Assembly: GCF_009914755.1 (NCBI RefSeq)
Contig: NC_060930.1
Reading direction: 5' to 3' (one strand)
Length of the DNA: 64,000 nt
Source: the human T2T-CHM13v2.0 reference genome, Homo sapiens
In this document: positions 1-13,535 of the stretch, piece after piece
How the letters are laid out: each line of letters starts with the position of its first letter
How positions within the stretch are numbered: position 1 is the stretch's first letter
Program-made: the position numbers and the translations under genes
The notes under the pieces: generated by a model
The model's database searches: none
Told to the model about the DNA's origin: nothing
Seen by the model: only the letters and a program-made list of their open reading frames with translations

Positions 1-164
1 CTGATTTGTCCAGAATTATCTTGAAGAAGAATACTACATTACTTTTTTTCTTATACAATGATATACCAGATATTAAAAGTTTTTAGTTGCTTTAAAGTAA
101 TTTTTTAATATCTTGCAAACTAATAACAATACACATTAATTAAATTCATAGGTCATAGGTATTT

Positions 165-1293
165 TTTAAATTAAACTTTTTATTTTGAGATAATTTTGCA
201 TTTACATGTAGTTTTAAGAAACGTAGAACGATACCATGCATTCTTTGTCTAGTTTCCTCCAATGGTAATATCCTTCAAAAGTATAATGTACCAACCTTAT
301 TAACATTTCTCCAATTTTACTTGTACTTCTGTGTGTGTGTGTGTCTGTGTGTGTGTGTGTGTGTGTGTTTAGCTCTATGCAATTTTATCATGTGTGTGGG
401 TGTCTGTATTCATTATCATCAAGATACAAAACAATTCCATCACCACAAGGCTCTCTAGTGGTTCTAGTGGTGTAATTTTGTAACCATATCCCCCTCTTCC
501 CCTTTCCTAAACCCTGGTAATCTCTCGCTCCTGAAAAAAAGTATGTATCTCAAGAATGTTATAGAAATGAAATTATATAGTATGCAATCTTTTGGAATTG
601 TCTTTTTTTTCCTCCCTCAATATAATTTCCTGGAGCTTCATCTAAGTTGATGTGTGTATCAACAGCCCATTTCTTTTTATTGCTGTGTAATATTCCATGG
701 TATGCATGTACCACAGTTTGTTTAGCCAATCACTTATTGAAGGACATCTGAGTTGGTTCCAGGTTTTGGCTATTATGAATAAAGCTGCTTTGAACATTCA
801 TGTACAGTTTTTTTGCATTAACATAAATTTACTTTTCTCTGGGATAAATGCCCAATTATTAATTGCTGAATAGTATAGAAATTGCATGTCAGTTTTATAA
901 AGAACTGCCAAACTATTTTTCAGAATGGCTGTACTATTTTACATTTCCACATACAACATAGGAGTGATTCAATTTGTCAGCATTCTCACCAGAATTTGGT
1001 ATTGTTATTATTTTAGCCATTCTGATACATGTGAAGCGATACTATATTGGGACGTTAATTTGTGTTTGTCTATTAACTAATAATGCTGAGTATCTTTTCA
1101 TGTGCTTATTTGACATCTGTATAGCCTCTTTGGCAAAATATCTGTTCATGTCTTGTGCCCATTTTCTGATTGGATTAATTTTTTTGTTTTTGTTTTTCAC
1201 TGTGTGAGTTTTGAGAGTTCTTCTTATATTCTATATACTAGTCCTTTGCTAGATATGTGGATTACAAATATGTTATCCCAGTCTGTAACTTGT
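165..1293 (-). mobile_element. Ancient L1M (L1MC/L1MD-like) 3' region, with internal (TG)n
   Basis: Antisense L1M 3' UTR and ORF2-end motifs (tttattttgagataatt..., aagaactgccaaactattttc, cttttcatgtgcttatttgacatctg); subfamily approximate. Confidence 0.8.
329..367. repeat. (TG)n microsatellite
   Basis: Seen directly, one interruption. Confidence 0.95.
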
Positions 1294-3006
1294 AAATGAA
1301 ACAAAAAGCTGATTCTTTGAAAAGATAAATGAAATTGATACACCATTAGCAAGATTAACCAAGAAAAGAAGAGAGAAAACCTAATTTAGAAACAAAACAG
1401 GAGATATTGCAACTGACACTACTGAAATACAAAAGATCATTCAAAGCTACTATGAACAACTTTATGCATATAAACTAGAAGAAATGAATAAATTCCTGGA
1501 AAAATACAACCCTCCTAGCTTACATCACGAAGAATTAGATACCCTGAACAGACCAATAACAAGCAGCGAAATTGAAATGGTAATTTAAAAATTACCAACA
1601 AAAAAAGTCCAGGACTAGATGGATTCATAACAGAATTCTACTAGACATTCAAAGAATTGGTACCAATGCTTTTGACACTATTCCACAAGATAGAGAAAGA
1701 AAGACCCCTCCCTACTTCATTCGTTGAATCCAGCATCACCCTAATACCAAAACTAGGAAAGGACATAACCAAAAAGAGAATTACAGACTCATATCCCTGA
1801 TGAACATAGATGCTAAAATCCGTAACAAGATACTAGGTAACTGAATACAACAACATATCAAAATGATAATCTGCCATGATCAAGTGTGTTTCATACCAGG
1901 GATGCAGGGATGGTTTAACATACGCAAGTCAATAAATGTGATACACTGCATAAACAGAATTAAAAACAAAAATCACATGATCATCTCAATAGATTCAGAA
2001 AAAGCATTTGACAAAATCCAGTATCGCTTTATGATTAAAACTCTAAGCAAAATTGGCCTACAAGGGACATACCTTAATGTAATAAAAGCCATCTATGACA
2101 AACCCACAGCTAACATAATCCTGAATGGGGAAAAGTTGAAAGCATTCCCTCTGAGAACTGGAACAAAACAAGGATGTCCACTCTCACCACTCCTCTTCAA
2201 CATAGTACTGGAAGTCCTAGCCAGAGCAATCAGACAAGAGAAAGAAAGAAAGGTCATCCAAATCGGTAAAGAGGAAGTCAAACTGTCAGTGTTTGCTGAT
2301 GATAGGACTGTTTACTTTGAAAACCCTTAGGACTCCTCCAGAAAGCTCCTAGAACTGATAAAAGAATTCAGCAAGGTTTCTGGATACAAGATTAATGTAC
2401 GCAAATCAGCAGCTCTTCTATACACCAACAGCGACCAAGCAGAGAATCAAATAAAGAACGCAACCCTTTTACAATAGCTGCAAAAAAAAAAAAAAAAAAC
2501 CTTAGGAATATACCTAACAAAGGAGTTGAAAGACCTCTACAAGGAAAACTACAAAACACTGCTGAAAGAAATCACAGATGACACAAACAAATGCAAACAC
2601 ATCCCATGCTCATGGATGGTTAGAATCAATATTGTAAAAATGACCATACTGCCAAAAGTGATCTACAAATTCAATGCAATCCCCTTCAAAATACCACCAT
2701 CATTCTTCACAGAATTAGAAAAAACAATTCTAAAATTCATACGGAACCAAAAGAGAGCCTGCCTAGCTAAAGCAAGACTGAGCAAAAAGAACAAATCTAG
2801 AGGCATCACACTACCAGATTTCAAACTATACTATAAAGGCCACAGTCACCAAAACAGTATGGTACTGATATAAAAATAGGTAATAGACCAATGGAACAGA
2901 ATAGAGAACAGAGAAGTAAACCCAAATACTTACCACCAACTGATCTTTGACAAAGCAAACAAAAACATAAAGTGGGGAAAAGACACCCTTGTCAACAAAT
3001 GAGGCT
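1294..3006 (+). mobile_element. L1PB-type ORF2 internal fragment (RT region), truncated at both ends
   Basis: ORF 1863-2330 has L1 RT motifs ([38 protein letters not shown]); 2526-2873 continues ORF2; frameshifts and stops; homologous to 21420-23070 on the opposite strand. Confidence 0.93.
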
Positions 3007-3287
3007 ATCCCACTTTCAATGTCACCTTCCTGCACTTTGCAATGTTTAGGAGGTCAATAATGCCACCTGTTGCTAACTAGCTGTTAACTCACTTCTCTCT
3101 GACAAGGGGACAGAGAAAACATATATGCTCAGCCATTTGAGAAATATTTCTTTAAAACTATTTCCTCCCTAGTCTGCCAGCATAAAAATTGATCTGCTGA
3201 TGTTTTCTTTATAACTCTTCATAATTTTTATCATTTTCTTTATTTTATAATTTTAAATTTCTCTAATTTGTGTGTCAAACTCTATGA

Positions 3288-3430
3288 TAATAATAACAAT
3301 AATGATTACTTATTAACTGCTTACCTTGCACCAAATACGTTATATAATGTATCTCTAGTCCTCACAATTGTTTTTGCATCTTATATTTTATTATATCCAT
3401 TTTACATATGAGAAAACTGAGGCTCAGAAA
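3288..3430 (-). mobile_element. MIR SINE fragment
   Basis: MIR core ccattttacatatgagaaaactgaggctcaga. Confidence 0.75.
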
Positions 3431-4429
3431 TCTTTTTCATCTCAGTGCTTTTACTTTTTCCACTAAGACTTTTGTCTTCTCTACAGACTTTCTCTAAATT
3501 AGGCTACTGCTATTATACTAAAACATGATAATCTGCCACAATTTTAAAATATTTTTAAAATTTTCAGGTTCTTTCCACAAGTACTTTGCCTCCGAATGTC
3601 TTGAATTTATTAAATTTATTTTCTTCTACTTATACTTATTCTCTACTCCTTGAACATGTAGAAACAATTCTGTTCTCATTTTTTTCTTTATGGTTCTGTA
3701 AGATTTAGAATTTGCCATTCTTGTGCCTGTCATTTTAACAGCTTTCCTGTCACTTAAGTTAAAAAAAATACCAAAGTGTTCAAAGGAAATTAAAACTATT
3801 CAGCCTTCATAATTTAATAGATTCATTCTCTGAGTGAAAGGTGAAAGTGAAGGATTCTCATAATTCTATTTATTTGGTTGCTCTTCTAGTTATGTTTGCA
3901 AGTAACTCCTTGGACCTTTCTTATTGGAAACTTTATTTTCTTACATTATGTTTCAAAATAATGTGCTAGTTTGATGAATTATAAATAATATTCTGCCAAA
4001 AGAATTTTTGTAGAACATATCCACAATCCTGTCTAAATATATAAGTATATACATATTAGAATTTGACATAGACATGATTTTAGATCTGACGATTTTTTAT
4101 AAGAAAATTTAATCTTTAACCTAAGGTTTTACATAGGTATTTAAAAATAAAAGGAGTACTTTTCCATGCTGTCAACATAGTTATCTATAAATCAATCTGC
4201 AGAATTTTAACAGCAAATAAAACCCACTTCATGCCTCTTAGCAACATTCTCTGCATGCAAATGTAATTGTTTGTTGTCCGGTGACTTCTATCACCCTTGC
4301 TTGAATGCCTTTAAAATATGATGTCCTTGCTTTTCCCTCTTTGTTTTACCGACAACCTTAATATTCTGGCTTTTACTAATTTTCTATATAAAGATTTTAC
4401 CCCAGATGAACTCACTGTTTCCACAAAGC

Positions 4430-6010
4430 TTTCTCTCACCTTCCTCCTCACCCTTGCTTTCATTATTCTATCCACATGGATAGAATATTTCTTTCTTCAC
4501 CACAATCTTTCTAAGCTTAGCCAGTATTTAACATTGAGACTAAAACGTGTCTCCTCAGAAAGTCTTTTTGATCATCCTCCCTCCAATGTCCATTCATCTG
4601 TCCTTCTGACCATCCATTCCATCCATCCATCCATCCATTTATTTATCTAATAACACCACACATATTCATGGAACCTTGGACATTGTGGTAGACTATTAGT
4701 TATAAAGACATAAATCAGATAAAGTGTGAATATGAGCACAATTTGTCTTAAGAGAATTGGAGAAAGGCCACTTGAAGGATACAGTTTGACAGCTGGAAAA
4801 GTGTAAATAGAACATTTGTGACAGAGGCAACATATTGTACAAAGTTGTGGATAGAGGTGACAGAAAGTAACTTCCATTTGGGATCTACATGAGAGTCAGT
4901 GTTATTAGAGCATGAAGTGCAATTGGAAAGAGGTGGGAAACAAGGCTGAACAAATCATGAACATGGTATACCTTTCTTAGGAATTTGAGACTTTGTGATA
5001 AAATTGTTGAGAGTCATTTACATTTTTAAAATAGGGACTGGTGTAGCCATATTTACTTTCACAAAGATAAGTCTAAACAATACTGTTGAGAATAAATTGA
5101 AGCATGAGGGTAACATTAAAGATGAGGAGACCAATAAGCCTACTGCAAGAGTATGAGCAAGAAAAAGGACGTCGCATTAGAAACTGCCAGTCAGGAGGAA
5201 GAAGAAAAGCCTATTTGAACATAAATAGAATCTGTAACTAGATGACGGTAAGGGAGAAAAAGAAGCAGATATGAGAACTAGCATGTACAGTTCTTGAAAA
5301 ATTGGGTGGATAGTGGTACCTTCTGACAAACTGTGAATGAAAGGAATAGAAAGTACATTTGCCCTGGAGTAATGGAGAGATTTAAAGATAAAAAGATTTT
5401 AAACATGTGGACTTAAAGGAATCTGTGAAACATCAAAGGGCAAATGCTTGGTAAATGGCTGATACATGTGTCTGAAACTCCAAAGAAAGGTCTGTACTGT
5501 ATTTGAGAATCATTAACACTTAAGTTAATATTGAATTCACAAGTGGTTGCTTCTCTCCCTGTTTAACCAAAACACTCATATTGCCAAGAGATAGTTCCAG
5601 CTACCCTGCTTTTCTGTCAGGTCGTCCTTTGTGCCAGGTTCCATCTTGTTCAGGGACATAACTTGTGCTATTTCCTTGGCTGAAACATTGGCCCTTTGCC
5701 TTGACATTACTACCTCCTTTCTTCCTTAAAGCTTAACTTAAAATCCACTTCTTAATAAAGGCATTTCCTAATGCATTCAAAATAAATACTGTTGTTTTTT
5801 CTTAAATCATCTCCCAACATCCTTTACTTTGTTTGCGTATTGCTTTTGGTAACTGCAATTTTTAAATGTGTTTCTCAGTGAATTCTTTTGGTCTGTTTCC
5901 CCTATTTCAGGGTGAGCTTCACAGGGCAAATTTACGTCTGCCTTTTCCATGATTGTATTCAAGATCTTAGCACTCAGTAGGCACACAAACATTTTCAGAA
6001 TGAATAAGTG
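4430..6010. mobile_element. Degenerate L2 fragments (about 4430-4600 plus, 4610-5540 minus, 5640-6010 plus)
   Basis: (CATC)n L2-tail-like tract at 4610-4645; L2-like 3' end cttagcactcagtaggcac...gaatgaataa; boundaries approximate. Confidence 0.6.
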
Positions 6011-6031
6011 ACATTATGCATTTATGTTTCA

Positions 6032-6352
<321 letters not shown>

Positions 6353-6369
6353 TTTCACTCTTTACTGTC

Positions 6370-6765
6370 TCCATCCGGTGGCAGTGGCTTCTTTGTGGTT
6401 CTTTGAACACTTCAGGTAGGTTACTGCCTCAGGGTCCTCAGACTTGCTGTTCCTTCTACCTGGAATGCTCTGCCCTAAGATATTTCCATGGCTTGCTCTC
6501 TCACCTCAGGCAGGTTCCTGTTCAAATATTCCCTGAAGCCTGCAGGACGAAAGAGGACTTCCTTGATCTCTCTTTCTGAAGTAATATCTCTTATAATGTG
6601 CTATTCCCTTAGCTTGTTTTATTTGTGTGCACAGCACTTTTCACTAACTGCTATTACAGTGTGTATTTATTTATTTGTCTGTTTATTTTCTCTTTCTTAC
6701 CCCTTCAGAATTTAGTTCCATGAGAGTGGGAACTTTGTTGTTCACAGCTTGATCCTCAGCCCAAA
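6370..6765 (+). mobile_element. L2 (L2a-like) 3' fragment
   Basis: ctgcctcaggg...cttgctgttccttctacctggaatgctctgccc; ttccatgagagtgggaac. Confidence 0.75.
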
Positions 6766-7037
6766 TTATGAGATCAGAGAAGCCAGACAAAGCCGTGTGA
6801 GATATCCATAACGCAATTGCATATGATTTAAAGTATTCAAAAATTCAGTTGTATGTGATTTTTTACAACTGTTAAGAGTTGTATGGTCTTAAGAATATGA
6901 AACAATACAAGATTCCATCAAGTTCAAAGATAATAGGTTTATAGAAAAATATATTTCTGTATCTGAAGAACAAAAGCACTTTAAATCAACCACTTCTATC
7001 AAGTGGTCAACAAGGAGTTGCAGACCTCTGTCAATAG

Positions 7038-7039
<2 letters not shown>

Positions 7040-7083
<44 letters not shown>
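7040..7083. repeat. (CA)n microsatellite, about 22 units
   Basis: Seen directly. Confidence 0.97.
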
Positions 7084-7085
<2 letters not shown>

Positions 7086-7940
7086 AAACCCAGGCAGTTA
7101 AACTTAATAACTTAGGAAACGAATCCATGTATACATTTTGAAACCCATGATGTTGCATGATATTGCAATAATTAAACAGGATTCAATGAATTTTATCAAG
7201 GTTGTGGGCAAGTATCTGAGTATCTGAAATATCAGTTCTTAAAAACAATCTCAGTTCATTGGAATGGTTGTTTCTACTTTATGTGTGTTTCTATATTTTA
7301 ACATCATAATAATTTGTAATTAAGCATAGAAAGTTTTAAGACAATCAAACACACAACCACAACCAGAAATCTGTATTTGTTATTTAAAATATGTTCAAGG
7401 TTTAAGAAAATGTGTTCTATTAGAGTGAAAGATTAGATTTGCATCACATGCTTTTCTTGAGTGTTTTTCCTTCTTGATAATGCATGGCAGTTATAGAGTC
7501 TGATTTTCATGTTCGTATCCACATTTACACTACAAACTTTCGATTAAAAATGCTATATCTTAAAATCAATGATCATAACAATGCAAATTACTACATTTTA
7601 TACAAGAAGAGAATTAAAATTTGAGAATTTTCTTTTCATGCCACTTGCATAAAAGTATTAATAAAACTCCAAATTTTTGTTGATTGATTGTAATTTTCTA
7701 AAGAATTTTTAAAAAATATTTCCTCACTTTTATATTAGTAAATCAGTGTTATAAAATATTTTTACATAATTTTTCCCTTCCAAGTTGTAGAAACAATATC
7801 ATAAATGCATATTTTATCTTCTTAGTTATGAATGACAATATGACAATTATTCTGGCAATTTTGTAAGGAACCAAACAATACAATTCACAACAGTCAATAA
7901 TTTGAAAAAAATCTTTGATGAGTATAATGGACTACTTTAT

Positions 7941-8331
7941 TGTGTTACTTTGCTAGGCCTACCACAAAAATGTACCATAGACTGTGTGGCTTAAACAACA
8001 GAAATGTATTTCCTTATAGTTCTGGAAGTGAGAAGTTCTAGATCAAGATGTCAGCAGAATTGGTTTCTTCTAAGGGCAATTCTTCTTGGCTTGTAGATGT
8101 CTGTCTTCCTCTGATATCTTTACATGATCTTCTTTCTGTGTGTGTCTGTGTCCTAATCTCCTCTCTTAGATGGACACCAGGCATATTGGATCAGAGTCCA
8201 CACATATGACCTCATTTTACCTTAATTACCTCTTTAGAGGCTCTATCTCCAAATACAGTCAAATTTTGAAGTATTGCACTTAGGACTTCAACATATGGAT
8301 TTGGTATGAGGGACAAAATTCAGCACATAGC
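7941..8331 (-). mobile_element. MaLR solo LTR, MLT1B-like
   Basis: ggcttaaacaacagaaatgtattt...ttaggacttcaacatatg; about 390 bp. Confidence 0.85.
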
Positions 8332-8783
8332 TCTTATTGTAAGGGGAAAAATCTTTTAACTATTTGTGTTTATTCCTCACATTTTACCTACTCTTTGAAA
8401 TAATAATATCTATCATTATCATTAGAAAATGGAAAACTTACCCTCTGTAGTGTTTTATGAAATTATTCATCTCCCAATGATATGTCATTCAGTGCAATGT
8501 TTTAACGCCCTTCTTTCTACCATTACTTTATTCACCATTGTACCTTCCATGCCTCTAATGATAGCTGGCACCCATTAGGGGCTTCATGAACACTATTTAT
8601 TTATAACACAGCTGTCATACTTTTCCTACAGTGTAATCTCTCTTTTAACTTCTTGACAATGTGGTTCCAGGTCCTCCTAATGTATATATATTTTTTTGCA
8701 GCAAACTTAAAAAATATAGACAACACCAACAAATTCACAGAACAATTGGATGATAGCATTTACATTGCAGAGCATACCGGATT

Positions 8784-8784
<1 letters not shown>

Positions 8785-8810
<26 letters not shown>
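8785..8810. repeat. (TG)n microsatellite
   Basis: Seen directly. Confidence 0.95.
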
Positions 8811-8815
<5 letters not shown>

Positions 8816-9039
8816 TCACCATTAGACATTCCACAGCCTTCTCCCAGATTCTCCAGTTTTTCTCTCCCCAGACACTCTTCCCTATGAAGTTCTTGGGAAT
8901 TTCTTTCTTCCTCTCATCATCATCTTCTTCTTCATGATGCTGCATAACTGTTTTCTTCAAAGGAAATCTGGAGTAAGACTCAGTCTAGCTTTCGTGTCAA
9001 AACAGGTCTACCAAAACCTCTCCTCAGGCAGGGGACATG

Positions 9040-9400
9040 AGAGAGGGTTTGTTACTGCTCCATGTCTCAAACCTTAGCTGGGAAGACTCAAATAGCAGAA
9101 CCTGACTCGATCTTCTGGAAGATGGAATCATCTGCAGGTTTTTTCATTGATATGTCTGGTACCCAAGATGGGCTGACTTGAAGACTCAACTCATCTGGGT
9201 GTGTCAGTGAGAGCACAAAAAGCAGCCTCATCTTGAGTTGGGCTTCTCGATGCATGGGAGCTGGGTTGCCAACATGAAGATCAGAAGAGAGAGTATTTAT
9301 AAGGCAGATATTCCAAGATACCAAGGTAGAAGCTGCATGACTATTTATGACCTTGCCATGGAAGCCACATCAGGTCCCATTTTTTATATTCTACATAATC
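9040..9400 (-). mobile_element. Old MaLR LTR fragment (MLT1G/H-like)
   Basis: ggaatcatctgcagg..., ccaaggtagaagctgcatgactatttatgaccttgccatggaagccaca. Confidence 0.6.
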
Positions 9401-10798
9401 TATTCATTGAAGCACAATGTATTCCATGGCTTTATGGGGGAGACGAGGTCACATTGTAGAACACAAAAGATATTTGGGAAAAAACAAACTGCCATGGTTA
9501 TTGTTATAGCTACTGGCAGGTTGGGAAGGGTTTTGAGTAAATGCATTGTTTTGGGGGATTCTAAGTCTTTCTACAGGAAAAAACTCTGAGAAAATATTAA
9601 TAATTAGGAACACTGGTAGGTAACTTGCCATGTATTCACACATCTCAGTGGAAATTGTAATATTGCAACTTTGCATTTACACATTGTTAATTAATAGATT
9701 TTCTTTCTGAAATCTTGACAACAGCACAAAATACCATTTGTTGCTACTTTTTCAAATGATAAATTGGGTTGCTACAGATTTTCATTAAGGTTGTTATTAA
9801 TATCTCCTATTACTGCAAGCTTCTAAGTACTTCATTTGTAACATCACTGGTGGTTCTTTACTTACATTTTATTAGGGTGGCTGGCTGGAAAGATAGAGCA
9901 CTCCATATGCAATAGAGATAAATGATGGCAGAAAAATGGATTCTGAATGTCACTTGAAAAACCACAATTCCCTTCACCTAGTTAAAACCCTAGAATTGGC
10001 CAAAGTTAATCATCAACTGTTCTTTTTTTAATGTTTTTCCTGTCTGGCCTACTGAACAGAAAACAGTAAGACTGTTATCCCTTTGGAAATCTCTGTTGAA
10101 ACCTTTTCCTTTTCTAGGGTGAATGAGAGGCATGCACACACACACATAATTTTTTAGTTTGTCTGGGTTATTTTGCTCCTGTACCTATTATCAGAATGCA
10201 TCAAATTTTCTCATGTCTGTTTTATTATTTTTTGATAACCTTTATGGAAAAATTATTTTTATATCCTTACTAATGTTGGAGAAATCTACTTAGCTTAACC
10301 AATAATCACGTTCTGAACATGATTATTTGTATCCAAAGTATCCAAAAGTATCCAGTTTCTGTATGTAGGGCAGTTTTCAATTTAGTTATGGACACCAAGC
10401 ACACACAGTCTATCACCCATCATGGCAGCAAAAGAAATGTGCAATGATTAACATTTAGCAAAACTATATAGTTATTTTATATGTGAGTCAATTCCCTATA
10501 ATAAATCTCTCTATATATGTATATAGATACATATATAAAGATATCTTATTTTTATATATGTATATGCATATCCATAGAGATAGGGAGAGAAAGATTTATT
10601 ATAAGGAATTGACTCACATGATTGTGCAGGCAGAACAGTCTCACAATCTGCTGTCTGCAAGTTTCAGACCCAGGAAAACGAGTGGTGTAAATTCTAGTCC
10701 AAGTCCCAAGGCCTGAGAACAAGGAAGAACACCAATGAAGCCAGTCTCTGTCCAAGGGCAGGAGAAGGCCACCAATGCTTCAGCTCAAGCAGTCAGGC

Positions 10799-10831
10799 AG
10801 AGAGAGAAAGAGGAAGAGAGAGAGAGAGAGG

Positions 10832-10863
<32 letters not shown>
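10799..10863. repeat. (GA)n-rich microsatellite
   Basis: Seen directly. Confidence 0.95.
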
Positions 10864-10866
<3 letters not shown>

Positions 10867-11372
10867 AGGGTTCTCTAGAGAGACAGAACTAATAGGATAG
10901 ATGTATATATAAAGGGGAGTTCATTAAGGAGTACTGACTCACATGATCACAAGGTGAGGTCCCACAGTAGGCTATCTGCTTGGCTGAGGAACAAGGAAGC
11001 CAGTCTGGTCCCTGAATCTCAAAAGTAGGGAAGCCAACAGTGCAGCCTTCAGTCTGTGGTTGAAGGCCCAAGAATCCCAAAACTGAAGAACTTGGAGTTC
11101 AATATTTGAGGGAAGGAAGCATCCAGCATGGGAGAAAGATGGAGGCCAGAAAACTCAGCCAGTCTAGTCTTTCCAGGTTCTTCTGCCTTTTGTTTTATTC
11201 TGGCGGTGCTGGCAGCTGATTAGATGGTGCCTAACCACATTGAGGGTGGGTCTGCCTTTCCCAGTTCACTGACTTAATGTTAATTTCCTTTGGCAACACC
11301 CTCACAGACATACCCAGGATCAATACTTTGCATCCTTCAATCCAATCAAGTTGACACTCAAAATTAACCATC
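10864..11372 (-). mobile_element. MLT2A (HERV-L) solo LTR nested in older MLT2
   Basis: agggttctctagagagacagaactaatagg...catccttcaatccaatcaagttgacactcaaaattaaccatc. Confidence 0.88.
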
Positions 11373-11769
11373 GGGGGGAGGGGGGGAAGAGAGAGAGAGA
11401 GAGAGAATTCTCTCTTCCTCTGCCTTTTTGTTCTATTCAGGCCCTCAAAGAAATGGATGAAGCCCACCCGCATTAGAGGAGGCATCTACTTTTCTCAGCA
11501 CTCCAATTCAAATGCCAGTTTCTCCTGAAAATACCCTCACAGACTCACCTAGAAATAATGTTTAGCCAAATATTTGGGTACCCTTGATACAAACAAGTTG
11601 ACACATACAATTAAACATTGCAAAGTGTCATTCTGACATTTACCTCCACTAGTGGGAAATGCACCACTCCTTGGGGGAGCCGATACTATCAGCTCCTGTT
11701 ATTCTTCTGCTTTACCTCCCTTTTCTTTAAGAACTTACTGAGTCAGCAGAAGCCAACCTCCTAAGAGTC

Positions 11770-12025
11770 AACACAGCTCAGTGGTTAGGAGCTTGGGATT
11801 TGAAGTCAGTCTGCTTGATTTTGACAATTGCTTTTATTTCATTTATAAACCTAGAAATTTGGATAAGTTGTATAAACTCTTTGCCTCCATTTTCTCATTT
11901 GTATTAGGAGGATACTAAAATACCTACTTTATGGAGTTGACATGAGGATAAAATGAGACAGTCTATACAAAGTTAAGAGCAAAGTGATTGGAACATAACA
12001 ACTGCCTAATAAGTATTGGTTAATA
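11770..12025 (+). mobile_element. MIR SINE
   Basis: agtggttaggagcttggg...gcctccattttctcatttgta...gaggataaaatgaga. Confidence 0.8.
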
Positions 12026-12324
12026 TAAAACCTAAAAAAGGTTTGGTTCCATCTCAGTTCCCGAGACAATCTAAACTGGAAAAATAAAGCTGTAAGTAGC
12101 TTCAGTCTCCATCCATCCCTATCAATATTCTCTATGTCCAGGGTCAATACAAAATATTTTACTCTGTGATATAATGAGTAAAGAGAAAGTGAATGGGGAA
12201 AAAATAAAGATATATTAATCAAAAAAGTTTATTTCTAGACTATTTACATGAAAGGTGTCAAAGAGGGGTGGAGACTACCAGTGAAAAGTTTGATGAGGCC
12301 CTGGTCAGACGACAAAGCAGGGTT

Positions 12325-12520
12325 GATGGGTGATTAAGAACTCAGGACTTAAGGTTAGTCATAGCCTGATTCACATCCTAGTTCTACTTCTTTTCAGTGT
12401 TTCACTTTGGGACAAGTTGATTAATTCAAGCCTTGGTTCCCTCAAATATTCAAATATAAAACGGGATAAAATAATAAAGCCTATTTCATAGGACTAGTAC
12501 AAGAATTTAATGAGACACTA
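12325..12520 (+). mobile_element. MIR SINE fragment
   Basis: gtgattaagaactcaggact...ctttgggacaagtt...gaatttaatgaga. Confidence 0.65.
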
Positions 12521-13049
12521 ACTGTAAGCTGTACAGCAGAGCATCTCTATAGCATGAAGAGAGCAAGGTGGGGCATTGACTAAAATATTCAGAGCCCTTT
12601 GGAAGAGACATCCAGGAAAGAGATGCGGGAAGTGACAGGGGTCTAGACGCCTTGTTAGAATTGACTGATTAGAACAATGGCCCAGGTTCCTGGATTCAGG
12701 ACTATTGCACAATTGACTAGAGAGTAAAAGGCTGCCTGAGCAAGAGGAACAGTAAGTAACCTTTATCATAGTCGACTTTTGCTCCAGCAGCTTTCTTCTC
12801 TTGAAAGTTCAAAGCAAAAGTAGAGGTGTCTGATGCCTTCAAGCTTTTCAGAAGTTGAAGCAAAACTACATCCTCCATCTTCTTCCCCTTTAACTGCTTA
12901 TAATTAGAATATGATTACCTTGTTTTGGCAATCATCATGCGTGTCACTTAAGATTTCTAGTGCCTTTTCTCATTTGGTATTTCATATACAAATACATTTC
13001 TCTCACAAACACTACTTCATGGCAGTTCAGTCCTCGTGGTATAAATAAA

Positions 13050-13535
13050 GAAAGAAAATGGGTACTTTGCTCAGAAAAGCTTAGAATCCACTGGGGGAAG
13101 ACTGCCAAATAAACCATCACCACTAATAAAACCTGGAGGTACGTCCTGTAAGAGAGGCAAGCATAGGGAAATTTAGAGACACATTCAAACCCAGATTTGG
13201 ACGTGAGGAAACGAAAAATGTAAGAAGATTTTCTACAGGAGTGAGTCAAAGAAAGGGGTGGCTATTTCATGAGGGGGAGGGAAGAGCTAGAGGCATGATG
13301 AGATGTGAGAACATGGTGTTTGGGGGAAACTGAAAGGATTTGAACAAGTTGAGCAGAAAGTACAATAGGAAAGTTGAGAGGAGAAATCAAAGGAGTCAGC
13401 AGGAACCAGATATTGTAGGTACTGATGCTTTATGAAAGGATTTTCTGTGCCAACCTGAAGAGGATACAGATTCATTGAAAATTTTATTCTTACCAGGACA
13501 GAGAAGGAATATGATCTGACTAGATTTAGAAAGCC
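13050..13535 (-). mobile_element. L2 fragment
   Basis: Purine-rich antisense L2-like sequence (gagaacatggtgtttggggg...gatctgactagatttagaaag). Confidence 0.55.

Larger units (their letters stand above)
10575..11622 (-). mobile_element. Older MLT2 (B/C/D-like) ERVL LTR split by a nested MLT2A
   Basis: agatttattataaggaattgactcacatg...aagcagtcaggcag up to about 10800; resumes at about 11405 and ends caagttgacacatacaattaaacattgca. Confidence 0.8.

Noticed and set aside
10329-10355. Triple gtatcca repeat; similar short duplications at 454-471 and 62893-62926
   Set aside because: Ordinary slippage duplications
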